A stretch of 64,000 bases of DNA from Chiloscyllium plagiosum (taxonomy: Eukaryota), in assembly GCF_004010195.1 (NCBI RefSeq), contig NC_057751.1:5387223-5451222 (forward strand), read 5' to 3'. Each line of letters opens with the position of its first letter. Positions within the stretch are counted from its first letter, which is position 1. Position numbers and translations under genes: made by a program. Shown piece by piece: positions 50,589 through 64,000 of this stretch. The notes beneath the pieces are model-generated. The model was not told the origin of the DNA. It saw only the letters and a program-made list of their open reading frames with translations, and made no database searches.

Positions 50589-52429
50589 GACATGGTGAAC
50601 ACAATCACTCTTCTAACAAATTTTAATATCAATATGCTGTCACTTCCAACCTCCCTTGATGCTGCTTTTGATTTTGCTCACACCAGTCTGGACAACACTC
50701 CCGTAAACTTTCCTCCCTTGTTCCTTGCAAGTATCACACAAATTGTCTGACATGCTCTGTTGTGTCTCCCCACAGCTTTTCAGTGTTTCAGATTCGTTGT
50801 ACTGTCTTGTACTCATTACCTCATTTTCTCTCAGGTTTCCATTTTGTGCGATGTGACACAGCCCTCAGTCTTAGATTTTGTCCACTGTCTGCAGATTTCC
50901 AGAAGAAAACCACCTTAACTTACACGGTATTTATCTCCGAAATTACCCAAAATGGAAATGCATGTCGAAGGAGAAGATTGGGAATGTTGGCAAATGCATT
51001 TACCATTTCATTCCAAGTTCAATCCCCAATAAAACTCAATTGAGGTGAGTGGCCACTCTGTACTCTCTTTTCGGAGATGCATTGGTTGAGGAAGGAATGT
51101 TGTCATTACACTCAAGACTCCAAAAACCATCCAGATCATCTCTGCAAATGCAGGAGTTTACACATCAAGAAAGGATAGGCAGGCTGGGTCCCTGGAAGGC
51201 TGAGGTGTGACTGGATAGAGGACTTGAACATGATGAAAATGTTCGGCAGAGTGGACGCAGAGAGAATAATTTAACGTGGGTACGAGCATAACTCAAAGCT
51301 ATCAAGATCAGACTGACACTGGGTAATCAAACAGGGCATGCTGGAGAAACTTGCTTTGGATAATAACGTGTGAGAATGCGCAACTCAACACCACAAGGAC
51401 TGGTGACAGGGAATTGTCCAGATCCAGTTAAGGGGAAGCACGGGAAGGATATGACAGATAAAGGATCAGGTACTACACTGGCAGATATGAACAAACAAAA
51501 CAAAAAAGGGGTGAGAGAGAACTCAAGTCTGGAATGGGTGGGTTGGGCAGACTGGCCTATTTTTGTGATGCGGATCCCATCGCAAAAGGCGATATCATGC
51601 AATTGGACCACTAAACTTACTCTATGTTTCAATGTATGAAGGTGGGTCCATCTCACAGCACCATGATCTCCACAACAGGTATGGCAAGGAGACAACTCCA
51701 AAACCCAGATGGAATGGGGCCTGAACCTAATGATACTGATGTCATTCTGATCCACTCTGACTGTGCAGGCAATAGGCACTGCTCAGCTGTGATGGTATCC
51801 TGGACTGAGTGTAATGTGAGGCTGAAAGTGCCTCCTGGCATTGGAATTACTCCACAGACCCCAGTATCCCATCATCAAGTCTACCTTTGTTTCCACATGA
51901 ACAGTCTTTGACATTAGTAGTGCCCCATTCACAGTCAGACACCAGAGTAACAGTACCTCTGAAAGTTTATATCTGTCTGCCACTGCTCCCTGATTTGACC
52001 AGGCAACTCAGGCAGACAACTCAGAATTGTATGAGGTCTACCTGACTGACAATGTTGAAATCACTGCAGGGTTCTTTAAGGTCTGATCAAAATGAATGCA
52101 CGTGTGCTTTGGTATAAAACAAATTTATCAGCTTAAAATCTACTTTCGATATATGCACATTAATGAGCGAATCTGTAAGCTTAAACTACTTCAGACATAT
52201 TCTACAAGTGAGCTTCAGTCTTCTGTCCATTGGGAACTCTGGGTGAAGGCTGGCACTTGTGAGTTTGATCTCAGATTCCATGTCCCTGGTCTCTCAAATG
52301 CAGCCTGAAAGGGAAAATCCCACAAATGGGACAGAGCTCCTGATATTAATACTATTCTGGATCTAAGGTTACATGCTGAATACCCATTTCAGAATAACTT
52401 CAGTCATCAGACTGCTCTCGAAAGCCAGA

Positions 52430-54090
52430 GAATTATAGACCACTGAGCCTGACGATAGTGATGAGTAAGCTGATGAAGGAGATTTTGAGGAACAGGATTT
52501 ACACTTATTAGGAATAGCCAACATGGCTTTGTGTGCGGGAAATCATGCCTCACTAACTTGATTTGAGTATTTTGAAGAAGTGACAAAGAAATTTGATGAA
52601 GGCCGAGCAATGGACGTTGTCTATGTGGACTTCAGCAAGGTTCCGTGTGGTAGACTGACGAGCAAGATTAGACCACAAGGAATTCAGTGACAGCTAGCCA
52701 TTTGGATACAAAATTAGGAGACAGGGCTTGGTGGTGGAGGGCTGTGTTTCAGACTGGAGGCCAGTGACCCATGGTGTGCTGCAAAGATCGATGCTGGATC
52801 CACTGCTTTTGTCATTAATATAAATGATAAAGAGATGAATACAGGACATATGGTCAGTGAGTTTTGCAGAGGCCACCAAAACTGGTGGTGTAGTGGACAG
52901 TGGAGATTACCTCAAAGTAAAACAGGACCGTGATCAGATAGGCAAATGGGCTGAGTGGCAAAGTTTAATTTAGATAAATGTGAGGTGCTGCATTTTGGAA
53001 AGGCAAATCACAGCAGGACTTATACACTTAATGGTAAGGTCCTGGGGAGTGTTGCTGAACAAAGAGACCTTGGAGTACAGGTTCATAGTTCCTTGAAAGT
53101 GGAATCCCAGGTAGACAGGATAGTGAAGAGGCTTAATGAGTGTGGTGCTGGAAAAGCACAGCCAGTCAGGCAGCATCCGAGAAGCAGGAGAGTCGATGTT
53201 TCAGGAACAAGCCCTCTATCAGGAATGAAGGGATTACACCTGATATGTCGACTCTCCTGTTCCTCGGATACTGCCTGACTGGCTGTGCTTTTCCAGCACC
53301 ACATTCTTTGACTCTTATCTCCAGCATCTGCGGTCCTCACTTTCTCCCAGGATAGTGAAGAGTGTGTTTGGTATGCTTACCTTTATTGGTCAGAGCATTG
53401 GGTATAGCAGTTGGGAAGTCATATTGTGGCTGTATAGGACATTGGTTAGGCCACTTTTGGAATATTGCATGCAATTCAGGTGTTCTTCCTATCAGAAGGA
53501 TGTTGTGAAACTTGAAAGAATGCAGAAAAGATTTACAAGGATATTGGCAGGATTTGAGCGATAGGGAGAAGTTGAATAGGCTGGGGTTGTTTTCCCTGGA
53601 GTGTCAGAGGCTGAGGAGTGACCTTATAGAGGTTTATAAAAACATGAGGGGCATGGATAGGTCTTTATCTGGGGTCGGGGAGGCCAAATCTAGAGGTCAT
53701 AGGTTTATGGTGAGAGGAGAAAGATTTAAAAGGAACTTATAGAGGTTTATAAAAACATGAGGGGCATGGATAGGGTCTTTATCTGGGGTCGGGGAGGCCA
53801 AATCTAGAGGTCATAGGTTTATGGTGAGAGGAGAAAGATTTAAAAGGAACCTAAGGACCAACCTTTTCACATTAAGGGTGGTACGTGTTTGGAATGAGCT
53901 GCCAGAGGAAGTGGTGGAGGCTGGCACAATTACAACATTTAAAAGGCATCTGGATGGGTATGCGAATAGGGAAGATTTAGAGGGATTTGGGCGAAATGCT
54001 GGCAAATGGGACTAGATTAATTTAGGATATCTGGTCAGCATGGACGAGTTGAACCGAAGGGTTTGCTTCCATGCTGTACATCTCGATATC
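52430..54090 (+). mobile_element. HER1/CR1 LINE 3' 1.6 kb, interrupted and internally duplicated
   Basis: FNLDKCEVLHFGK; LYRTLVRPLLEYC; VVRVWNELPEEVVEAGT; tail. Confidence 0.9.
53131..53347. mobile_element. PLE-derived hairpin mini-element with 15-bp TSD, inside CR1
   Basis: TSD caggatagtgaagag at 53116-53130 and 53348-53362; inverted arms; degenerate core. Confidence 0.85.
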
Positions 54091-54372
54091 TCTAATAGTA
54101 GGTGGTAACAAAGTCCAGGTGGCCACATGTAGACTGTGCAAGCGGATGGTTCCCAACAACCCTAAGGGTCAGGCAGTTTCTGCCCATCCCCATCAAAACA
54201 GGCTATTTTTGCTTTTCATGAGCGTTTCCACTTTACCACAATTGCTCACTGTCATGTCTAATTAACTCTTAACAATTAACCCTGAATGGTCTGGTTTGAA
54301 GATCTCATTCTTGAGCCTGACAATACACCAGTAAAGGGCCTACAGCTCTGATAAAGAGACAACTGAAAGTTA

Positions 54373-54594
<222 letters not shown>

Positions 54595-54967
54595 TCAAGA
54601 GGCTGTGGGTCAATGTGGTCAATTCCACCAGAAAATTAATTCATAAAAAAAACACAACAGAAACTCTTGAAGAGCAAAACGTTACAGATGCCAGAGACAC
54701 AAAATAAAAACACAAATTTATGGAAACAACCTTAGCACGTCAGGCAGCATTCTTGTAGCAAGACAAAGAGTAGTCAAACTTTGGTCTGTGAAGTTTCACG
54801 AGAACCAAACTTAGAAATCGAATACTTTTTTCCCCTCTGATCCCATTTCAAGACTTAAAAATTGTTACAGTCCCCTCATGAGAATCACTTCCTCAGAGCT
54901 CATGACTCCCAAAACTTCAGCGCATGATCTGGTGAGGGGATCCCGATCCACACTGTGGATCTTATAG

Positions 54968-55610
54968 AAAATAAAAAGCAAAAGAACTGCAGATGCTGGA
55001 AATGAAATAAAAAACAAAATAGCTGGCAAAGTCCAGCAAATCTGGCTGCATCTGTGGAGAGAAATCAGAGTTAATGTTTCGGATCCAGTGACCCTTCCTC
55101 AGAAACCTGACCTGATAGGTTTGGAGCAGAGATGTGTGTGGGGCAAGGTCTGTGATAGGCTAGAAAACGGCAGAGGCTGAATGACAGACATTTGAGTCCT
55201 CCAGAGCCAATGTAAATGTACTGAGAGCAGGTGTGTTGCTGGCTGAAAGATGAACAAAACAAGGCAAGGGACAGCAACAAATTGGGGCAACAGTATTTAC
55301 CCTGTGAAATTGCTGAAATCAACACGGAGTCCAGACGGCTGCAAAGTATCAAACTGAAAGTGCATGTCGTGCTCCTGAAGCTGATGTTGTGCCTCACTTC
55401 AGCAAGTACAACAGGCCAAGGATAGAAATGTCAGTGTGAGAGCAAGGTAGACAATTAAAGTTGACAGAAGACCAGAAGTTGGGAGTTATGCTTGTGGGCT
55501 GAAGGGATGTGATCATCCAATGGGTATTTGTGCCCCCAGTGCATAGCCAACCATATTGTCAGCAACGAGAACAACAGACTGGATTTAAAGACGTGCATGC
55601 AAATTGCTGT
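54968..55610 (-). mobile_element. PLE 3' end: decayed GIY-YIG C-terminus, UTR, hammerhead motif, tail
   Basis: Minus translation SHTDISILGLLY / SEAQHQLQEHDMHFQFDTLQPSGLRVDFSNFTG*; GTTT-CTGAGGA-A-GGGTC-actg-GATCC-GAAAC-ATT-AACT at 55069-55106. Confidence 0.72.
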
Positions 55611-56934
55611 TTAAGGATTCTTAGGGGACTTGGCTACTTCCGTCAGCATTCATCATATTTCCACAGAACACTCAAGTTCACAGCAATAAAACATAATTGC
55701 TGTTAGAAGACAATGGAAGGTCAGTGTTGTGCTACTTTGAGTCTGAGTCTACTGCTCTGCTTTGCTGGGCTCCTGCTCACTTTGGAGGTTTTGCAACATG
55801 AATTCTTGGCTGATTTTAGACAAGACAATTGATGTGTTTTGAACAAAATATGTGAGGTTCAGATAATTCACTTCCTCAGCACATGGCTCCAATTGATTTT
55901 CTCTATGAGCACAGCCAGACTCCGTGACCTCTTGTGTCTCGATAAAAAGATTCCTTTCAGATGGTGCTTTAGCTAATTAAGGGCAAGGGACACTCAACTG
56001 CGCAATATCTCGACAAGCAAAGAGGTTAATTGTCTGTTGCTAAAGCTCACTGCGGAAATAACACTCTGCTTTTCATTTTCCTCAATTAGTTTTCGAGGAA
56101 TGGCCTATAAATCACAGATACTGTTTTGCAAATGGAACTATTCATCTCCCAAGGGAATGAAAATTAAATACATTCAGCTGCCAGGGGTTAAGTATTTGAA
56201 GAAACTGTCGCTGCCAACATGAGCATATATTTGTCAGATTTCACATTTGTACAACTGTCCTTTCAAACTAACGGCATTTCATGAAATTGTGATATGTGTC
56301 ATATGTTACCATGACAAAATTTTATTTTGATTCTAAACTTTCTCCCCTCCCTTGCTGAATGTGGAGACATCTTTCAGTGCAGTTTCGACATCACCATCTA
56401 CGATCCAATCCAAATAACCTGGGGCTTGAGCAATGTTTGGAGGCTGTTCCACATTAAGAGCACAACTCAGCTTTATTCTGTGCTCAACCTTTTCAATGGA
56501 GAGGACGGGTCTCGTGCCTCCAGTGTCCCTACCTCTGAACCAGGATGCTGGGTTCATCTGTTCCAGAGGTGTGTCATAACACCTCTGAACAGGTTGATCC
56601 TAAAATACTTCCAATGGAGAGTCTTGACTTTGTTCAAAAACATCTCTGGTTTCTCCTTCTTCCTCATGCCAAGTTTACAAGATGAGCCGAATTCGCTTCA
56701 CTGTGCATTTTGAAGAACTAGTTCCATCTGATTAAACAACTAAAAGCCAAATGAAGGATTGAAAAGGATAGATATTTTTCCACAGGCTGAGGAGACTTCA
56801 CAAATAGCAAGGAATTTACCTTGGGAAATACTGTAATTTCATCTCACCCAGGATAGACGGTCAAATTTACTAAAAGAAAATATTCTTTATGAAGGTGAAG
56901 AGTCAGAGTTTGAAGTTAGTTGCTGTGTACAGAG

Positions 56935-57420
56935 ATGGTATGCTTTCCTTTATGGGTCACAGCATTGAGTATAGAAGTTGGGCAGTCATGTTGCGGCTGT
57001 ACAGGACATTGGTTAGGCTACCTTTGGAATATTGTATGCAATTCTAGTCGCCCTCCTATCAGAAAAATGTTGTGAAACTTGAAAGGGCTCAGAAAAGATT
57101 TACAAAGATGCTGCCAGGGTTGGAGGATCTGGGCTACAGGGAGCGGCTGAATTGGCTGGGACTGTTTTCCGTGGAACGTTAGATGCTGAGGGGTGACCGG
57201 AGAGAGGTTTATAAAATCATGAGGGGCATGGATTGGGTAAATAGACAAGGTCTTTTCCCTGGGATGGGGGAGTCCAGAACTAGAGGGCATAGGTTTAGGG
57301 TCAGAGGAGAATGATATAAAAGGGACCTAAGATGCACCTTTTTCACGCAGTGGGTGGTATGTGTGAAATGAGCTGCCAGAATGGTCTGTTTTCGTGCTGT
57401 ATATTACCAATACTCTATGT
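56935..57420 (+). mobile_element. HER1/CR1 3' fragment
   Basis: gttgcggctgtacaggacattggttagg...aactagagggcataggtttaggg, as in other copies. Confidence 0.88.
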
Positions 57421-59789
57421 CAGTTGTCTATAAATAGCTGCTTCAGTGCATCGAACCTTGTTTCAATTTGCAAACCAGAGGTCCTGGAATCTGTCAGGCT
57501 TCAGTTTTTCGGTGCAAACTCACTGACAGCATATTTGCTGTCATTCTGGCACATGCCAGGGGTTTGTGCATAACTTAAAATATTCTTTATTGATTTCTGT
57601 AGCCCAACAACCTGATACTTGCCTTCCTATGGACAACTTACTCCATGGGATGGATGGTTTTGGATTTTGTGGAGGTAACTGAGGGCAGAACAACACACCC
57701 ATTTGCTTGGCGATCAGTCAGAGGCTGAAGAATTACAATCGCACAATAAAACCACTCTCAGACTCACACAGGATGGAACACACCCTTCGGCCCATCCAGT
57801 CAGCTCCAACAAAACCACTCTAAATTGACAAGTGTTTCACTTTCTAGCTCCTGGCCTTGAATGTTCTGACATGTCAATTGCTCACTTCGGTACTTTTTAA
57901 TGGTTGTGAGGCTTCCTGCCTCAACTACCCTGCCACCACCTTCTGGGAGAAAAATCATTTCCTCAAATCCCCTTTAAACCTCCTGGTCTTCGTCTTAAGA
58001 TTATACCCCCTCATTACTGATCCTTTAACAAAGCAGAACAGTTGTCTGATGGTTAGCAACTGCTTGAATGGAATTGCAAACTTCACAAAGAGCTTCATGC
58101 TCTGCCTCATTCCCATCCGGTTTCCACAAAGCACTGGAAATGTTCCCTTTTCCGCTACAGAGACTGTTTCATTCCTCAACAATGCAAGTTAGTCACTGAA
58201 ACGTGTTTAAAGCAGTCGATCAAATTACCTTGCTGGTTTATAAAATTGAAAGGGCTGAGAACTGAATGTACCTTCCATTGTGATATTCCTCATACAACAA
58301 CCAAGAGTAAGTCTGTCACAGACATTTTTGTTCAGCCATTTTAGAGAAGACTTGCTTTCAACAATCCTCTGCACAGTCAAAGTCTGTGAAACCCATTGCC
58401 CTCTCTCTCTCTCTCTACAGACCACTGCCCTAACTAGCTTAATAACGCTTTCTCTGACTTGGGTGATAACTATAGTTTGACATGAATCTTGTCAGCATGT
58501 TTAACTATGTAAATGCAAACTTTATTGGTAATAAGGCAATGCCAAAGTTAAGAAACTGACTCAAAAGTAAACAGCAGCTTTTAAATCGGCCCTACCAGAT
58601 CAGGATTGACACACCAGAAAGGATGCTTCACAGAAAGGATAAGAATCTGGACTTTTAGATCTGGTTTAGCTTTTCCAAACAAGTGGTGAGATTTGTGGTC
58701 AACGCTAAGAACCAACTTTCCACCCTTGATGACTTGTGATTAATTAAAAATTCCTGGAGCGCAGTGAAACTTTCCAATGCGACGTGTTTGATGGAAGCTT
58801 TTTCCTGTTTTCAGATTATTCTCAATTGGCCTTGGTTCCATTTGAACGCAGCAAGCAACATGAAGATGACTTTATGGCTCAAATGACTCAACTACGCTTT
58901 CAAGCGTGCTTGTCTCAGTAAAACCTATGGTAACGCCTGTTGAAACCACATAGCAGTAATGGCGTTCCTTGGTCGCTGTTGCTTTAATATGGGTCTCCAC
59001 AGCAAATAGCCTGGAAATTCACTCAGAAAATGCACGTATGGTCTTACTCAATGTCACTGCCCACTGGGTTCAATGTGAACTCCTCCCAGCTCCACCACGT
59101 GAACTGTGTGCTCTCCACCACTCCCGTCTGATCGGCCAACATTCAAACCATCCAGCCTGCTTGGGCTCAGTGAAAGAGGTTTTCAATTAAACTTCCACTC
59201 CCTCGCTCTTGGTCACAGCCCTGCATATCTTTCCATTTTCATTACTTATTCGATTCTCTTTTACAAACCCATTTGGGAAATCCATTCCAGGTCATAAAAC
59301 CTCCCTGTCATAACAAATTTCTCTTGATCTCACCTGGCACTTCTGCTAAATATTTTAGATCTGTCTCTTCAGTTCGCTAATTCCCCTGCCAACAGAAACA
59401 ATTTCCCTCCATTTACACTGTCAAACACTTGATTATTTGTAAATCCCCTACTGAATCAGCCTGATCTCTCTCTGTTCCAAGAAGAACTATCACAGTTTCT
59501 CCAGCTAAATGAAGGTCCTCAACTCTGGTGCCATGAGGAGAAGGCATCTCTCCCAGGCCCTGACCTCATGCCATGCCACAAACTGGACATCTTAATCCAG
59601 CCTGGGCCGAACCAGCGATTTACAAAGGTTTACCACAATGTCCTTGTTCTGGGATCATATGCCTCGAACTTCCAGAGGTACTGAACTGAGTTGCCTCAAC
59701 AGCTTTCTCAACCAGTCTGTTATGTTCCAAGACCTGTGCAGGAAACCCCACCTTATTCTCCGTTTCTGAACCACGGATATTTGAGAAAA

Positions 59790-60415
59790 AGAATTGCTTT
59801 GTGGGATCTGGGCATTGCTGGCTGACCGGCATTTATTCGCCTGTTCCTAGTTGGACTTGAGAAAGTGGGGGTGAGCTTCCTTCTTGAACTGCTGCAGTCC
59901 ATGTGCTGTGGGTTGACCCACAATGCACTTAGGTAGGGAATTTCAGGCTATCGACCCACTGACAGTGAAGGAATGGCGATATATTTCCAAGTCAGGATGG
60001 TAACTGGCTTGGAGGGAAACTGGCAGAGGGTGGTGTTCCCATGTATCAGCTGCTCTTGTCCTTCTAGATAGAAGTGGCTGTGGATTTGGAAGGTACTGCC
60101 TCAGGATCTTTGGTGAATGTCTGCAGTACATCTTAGAGATGGTACACACCGCTGCTACTGAACATCAGTAGAGGAGGGAATGGATGTTGAAGGTGGTAGA
60201 TGTGGTGCTAATGAAGTGAGCTGCTTTGTTCCGAATGGTGTCAAGTCCCTTGGGTGTTGTTGGAGCTGCACCCACTCAGGCAACAGGAGAGTATTCCATC
60301 ATACTCCCAACTTGTGCCATGTAGATGGTGGACAGGCTTTGGGCAGTCAGGAGGGGAGTTACTCACCACAGTATTCCCAGCCTCTGACCTGCTCTTGTAG
60401 CCACTGTTATGATGT
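59790..60415 (-). mobile_element. CR1/L2-clade LINE family B 3' fragment
   Basis: Reverse complement of the 2440-2887 / 32500-33050 sequence. Confidence 0.75.
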
Positions 60416-60419
60416 GGAC

Positions 60420-60802
60420 AGCTGGAAGGCAGCATCAGGAAGTGGAGAAGTCAATGTCTTGGGTGTAACCCTTCTTCAGGACTGGGGGTGGGTGTAAAGG
60501 GAGCTGCAGATAAAGGGGATGGGTAGATGGTGGGATGGTGAGACAGGGATAGGCGAACACAGGAGAGGGTATGACTTGGATGGTCAATGAGAAGAATGAA
60601 TCCAGTTGGTAACTGAAAGGGTTGATTAGAGGAATGGAAGGGGCTGGGAAGGGAGGCGGAGGATGGCAAGGGAGGTTTCTTGAAATTGGAGAACTCAATG
60701 TTGAGTCCTCCGGGCTGTTGGCTCCTGATGCTGCCTGGCCTGCTATGTTCTTCCAGCCTCCTGCTTGTCTACCTTGGTTTCCAGCATCTACAGGTTTTTT
60801 TT
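60420..60802 (-). mobile_element. PLE 3' end with inverted tail copy, inserted in LINE family B
   Basis: Minus QPGGLNIEFSNF (60682-60717); AGTC-CTGAAGA-A-GGGT-tac-ACCC-AAGAC-ATT-GACT (60449-60483); inverted tail 60721-60802. Confidence 0.7.
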
Positions 60803-62829
60803 CTAACTGTATTGGTGTGGCAAGTCCAGTTGAGTTTCCGGTCATATTCTGATGTAAAATCAGAAACAGCCACCTGAAACAACGCAGTCTTTCAAAGTAG
60901 GCTTGTTGGGAAAATCTAGAGCAAGCTGAGATAGTCACCAAGAAATCTCACAGTGAAACACTCTCACCAAAGAGTGTGAGAAAGTGACCTTCACTGTGAC
61001 TGGGAGTGGTGCAGCTGAATGGCATTGCTGCACTTCAGAAGTGGCCAAGTGAACAGATGAGGGAAAAGGGCTATGTTGATTTGAGTTAGAGACGGAAGAA
61101 TGGAAGTAAATGGCACCATGGACTGGGTGGGCCGAATGGTCCATTTCTAATCTGAGTATCTGATTTAACTCTTTGCAGAGAAAGGCACAGCCTCACCAAG
61201 GATTTTTACAATGTCGATCCTTCTGTCAAACGAGAACTTCAGTGGTGCATTATGTGTTTGACAAGGTTTTTATTTACAAGGGGAGTCCAAGGTTTAGGTA
61301 GGGGAACAGGCGGGGAAGTGCAGTGATATCCACCGTCAGAACAATCACAATCTTGTTCAATAGTCAGGCATGCTCGAGGGGCCAACCTGCTCATTTTCTG
61401 ATTCTGTTTCTTTTGTTTTTCTGTCTGTGGTAATTAGACTTTAAGCTGGAATTCCCTCTGGTTGAAATAGAGCAGCAAGGTAGGGCCAAGAACTGGATGA
61501 ACCACCGCAGCAGCTCAGGCAGTGTCAATGGAGAGAGCAACAGAGTCAACGTTTCGAGTCCAGTATCAAGTCCATGATGACTCTTTCATTTTTTGCTCGA
61601 TTTGTTGAGTTTCCCCAACAGTTTCTGCTTTAATTTCCATTTCCCAGCATCTGGATTATTTGACTTCGACGTGGATGAACCACCCACCCTTCTGGGTAGC
61701 CCCACTTGAGACTGACTATCGAGCAGCACAGAGCAAAGGGATACATGGGTTGTTTGTGTCCAACTTCAGAGCAAGGATTTGTCATGATGGCACAAGCTGG
61801 GGAATACAGTAGGTGAGGCCGCTGACGCCTCTGTGCTCTGAACAGGACAAGGTGCCCAGAATAACAAACAGCTGACCATTACATACACAGGTATCACCTC
61901 CCCTCCCCACCACCACAATCTCATCAACTGCAAGCCAAACTGGCTGCAAACAGAATCATTATTTCCTCTTGTCTCCCATTCTTTTCAAGCTTTGTGGCTA
62001 CAGAGACGATCAGAGCACACCAAAAATAAATGACAATCTGCTCAAGACGTGGAGCTTCCATCAAGTCTCCACCAGGTCATGCCCCATGTGTCACCTGCCC
62101 ATACATCATCCATCACCGTGCTGTTCACTCAATGACACTGGCCTGTGCAATTAACTCCTCCTTTGTTCCAAATGTCATTTCCACTCTTGTTGTGAGATCC
62201 ACTCCTCTCAACATCCAAAGGCAAATCTCAAACAATATGCTTTCACATCAATGCAGCAGGCAGAAACAGCACCCTGCCAAAGCTCTGTGTGTCTCTCTCT
62301 CTCTCTTTCCCACACCAAGGAATGGGCGGCCACCAAAATGTACTTAACGTGCATCCCAAGACACTTGGAATCAATGTAACTTTCATTTTGATGCCACAGG
62401 ACTATGCATTTCTTTCTCTGCCGTTGACTTAATGAAATTAAACAACAAGCCTCCGTGGAGGGAGAACAGCTTTCACTGTGCCTGAGAACACAGTGTGCTT
62501 TTCCCAGCTCAACCTCGTCTGAACCATGGTGTGCAACATCCCGACAATTCCAAGGCATGGTGTAAGACACACAATCCTAGAGAAATGCCAACAAAGCCTG
62601 CCAGCCTCAGGGGGGAGAAAAACGCACCTCACTGGGAAGAATATGAACAGGAGATGGAAAATGGGCAGGGAAGATAGGATCAGAATGGATTGCCCTAGTT
62701 CAAGAACTAGCACAAAAACCATTGGATGGGTTTCTGTCCTGCCTGTGCGATCATTTCTTTTATTCTGTTCCAGTGATCGTTTGCGTCCTCGCTACTCCTC
62801 CTCTGTCAGTCACATTTGTTGTTACAGTA

Positions 62830-62999
62830 CAGTAGAACCTCGATTATCCAAATCTGATCGCAGACAAGCAGTAATTTATAAGTGCCGGTTATCTGCCAAG
62901 CACGCCGTAATGCTGTTTAACGGATAACTGAATGCTGAGTTGCCTAATGCCATTTTTACGGGACCTGGAGATCTTGTTCAGATAATCGAGGTTGTACTG
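62830..62999. mobile_element. Tc1/mariner-pogo (Tigger-like) MITE
   Basis: TA|CAGTAGAACCTCGATTATC ... GATAATCGAGGTTGTACTG|TA. Confidence 0.82.
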
Positions 63000-63568
63000 T
63001 ACTGTGCTGGTGGCATGTCCTGCAAACATTTTCACCACAAATTGCAGTTAACAGCCAAACGAAAGGATGCTTCCTTTGCATTCCCTTGCCCTTTGCATTA
63101 AATTACAGGTTACAGTGGCAAAAGCAACATCTGGAATGCCCTGCAAGCTGTGCAAAAATAACTGGCAAAAATTCAATTTGTTTGAAAGGAAAGGGTGTTC
63201 TATTCAAAAGACAATTTTCCAGACACGAGCAGAGGAAAGAAAAACCTTAATTGAATCTCTCTGGAGTGGCCCAAGTATCCAGTTCCAGATGTGGCTGATT
63301 AAGGAGAGGGTAGTTATTATCCATCTGTGCTGTCTGGCCTCCCTTTACAACATCCACCTTGAAAACTTGTTCGTGAGAGCAGTGTGAAACTCTAGTATCT
63401 GTCAAACTCCATTACACAGATGCAAAGCAACACTTGTACAGGGAACTGCAGTTTGGGTGCAGTGGCATCAGTGCTCTGTGCCAGCAAGGCTGCAAAGCTT
63501 GTCCACCGACAGTCGGGCTGATTGCAAGATTTTCCCAAACCCAATCAGGATAAGCACATGCAACTCAC

Positions 63569-63696
63569 CAGCGCCCCCTCCAGGCAAGTGGCGTAGTGAT
63601 AGCCACGGCCCATGATGAGAACCGATTTCTGCTGGTAGAGTTCTCTGGCCAAATTCTGTATCTCTTCATCCAGAGTTAAGATTTCTTTAATGAGGT
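63569..63696 (-). CDS. GFPT1: GFAT internal coding exon (SIS/isomerase domain), 128 bp
   Basis: Minus strand tcttgtcAG|AC CTC ATT...GCG CTG|GTgagt; encodes (D)[47 protein letters not shown] and [13 protein letters not shown] are GFPT1-type. Confidence 0.95.
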
Positions 63697-64000
63697 CTGA
63701 CAAGAGATAAAGAGAGATGAAAATCATGGATTAAATCAAACAATTTGACTTCTCCCATTCATTTCCAAAACCTCCTCAATTTGTCGTTCCCGTGGTTAAT
63801 CCCTTCCTGGAAATATGACAAGTTGACTTTTCATTCCTTTGAAAATTTCAGGGAGAGAGGGGAAAGAATTTGTCTGGCTGCAGCGTGCAGTAAAATTAGA
63901 GAACCATTCAGGAAAACCTTTCCTCGGATTATTGAGACAAAATTTTGCTGCCTCAATGCTCCTTCACAGTGCAACAGACTGTTCGCAGGCAGGCAACTTC

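Overview
Repeat-rich vertebrate genomic DNA, most likely a shark (HE1/V-SINE-like and HER1/CR1-like repeats). Two genes end tail-to-tail: the last coding exon of ANTXR1 (+, 28114-28365; positions 1-28113 look like its long last intron) and the last four coding exons of GFPT1 (-, 63696 to 46950, all GT-AG and in phase). The rest is decayed CR1/L2-clade LINEs, tRNA-derived SINEs, pogo/Tigger-type MITEs, probable solo LTRs and Penelope-like elements (PLEs). The strongest unexplained pattern is a set of PLE-derived elements whose termini carry minimal type I hammerhead ribozyme motifs (CUGANGA / stem II / GAAAC-GUH with a palindromic ACGU in place of helix III). Many are short ORF-less hairpin insertions with 13-15 bp target-site duplications, and one family has a compensatory U3-A8 catalytic core. 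A SINE tail appears to supply the polypyrimidine tract of a GFPT1 exon, and there are two locally templated inverted duplications. All family assignments are by eye; no search or folding was run, and repeat boundaries are approximate unless a TSD or TIR is quoted.
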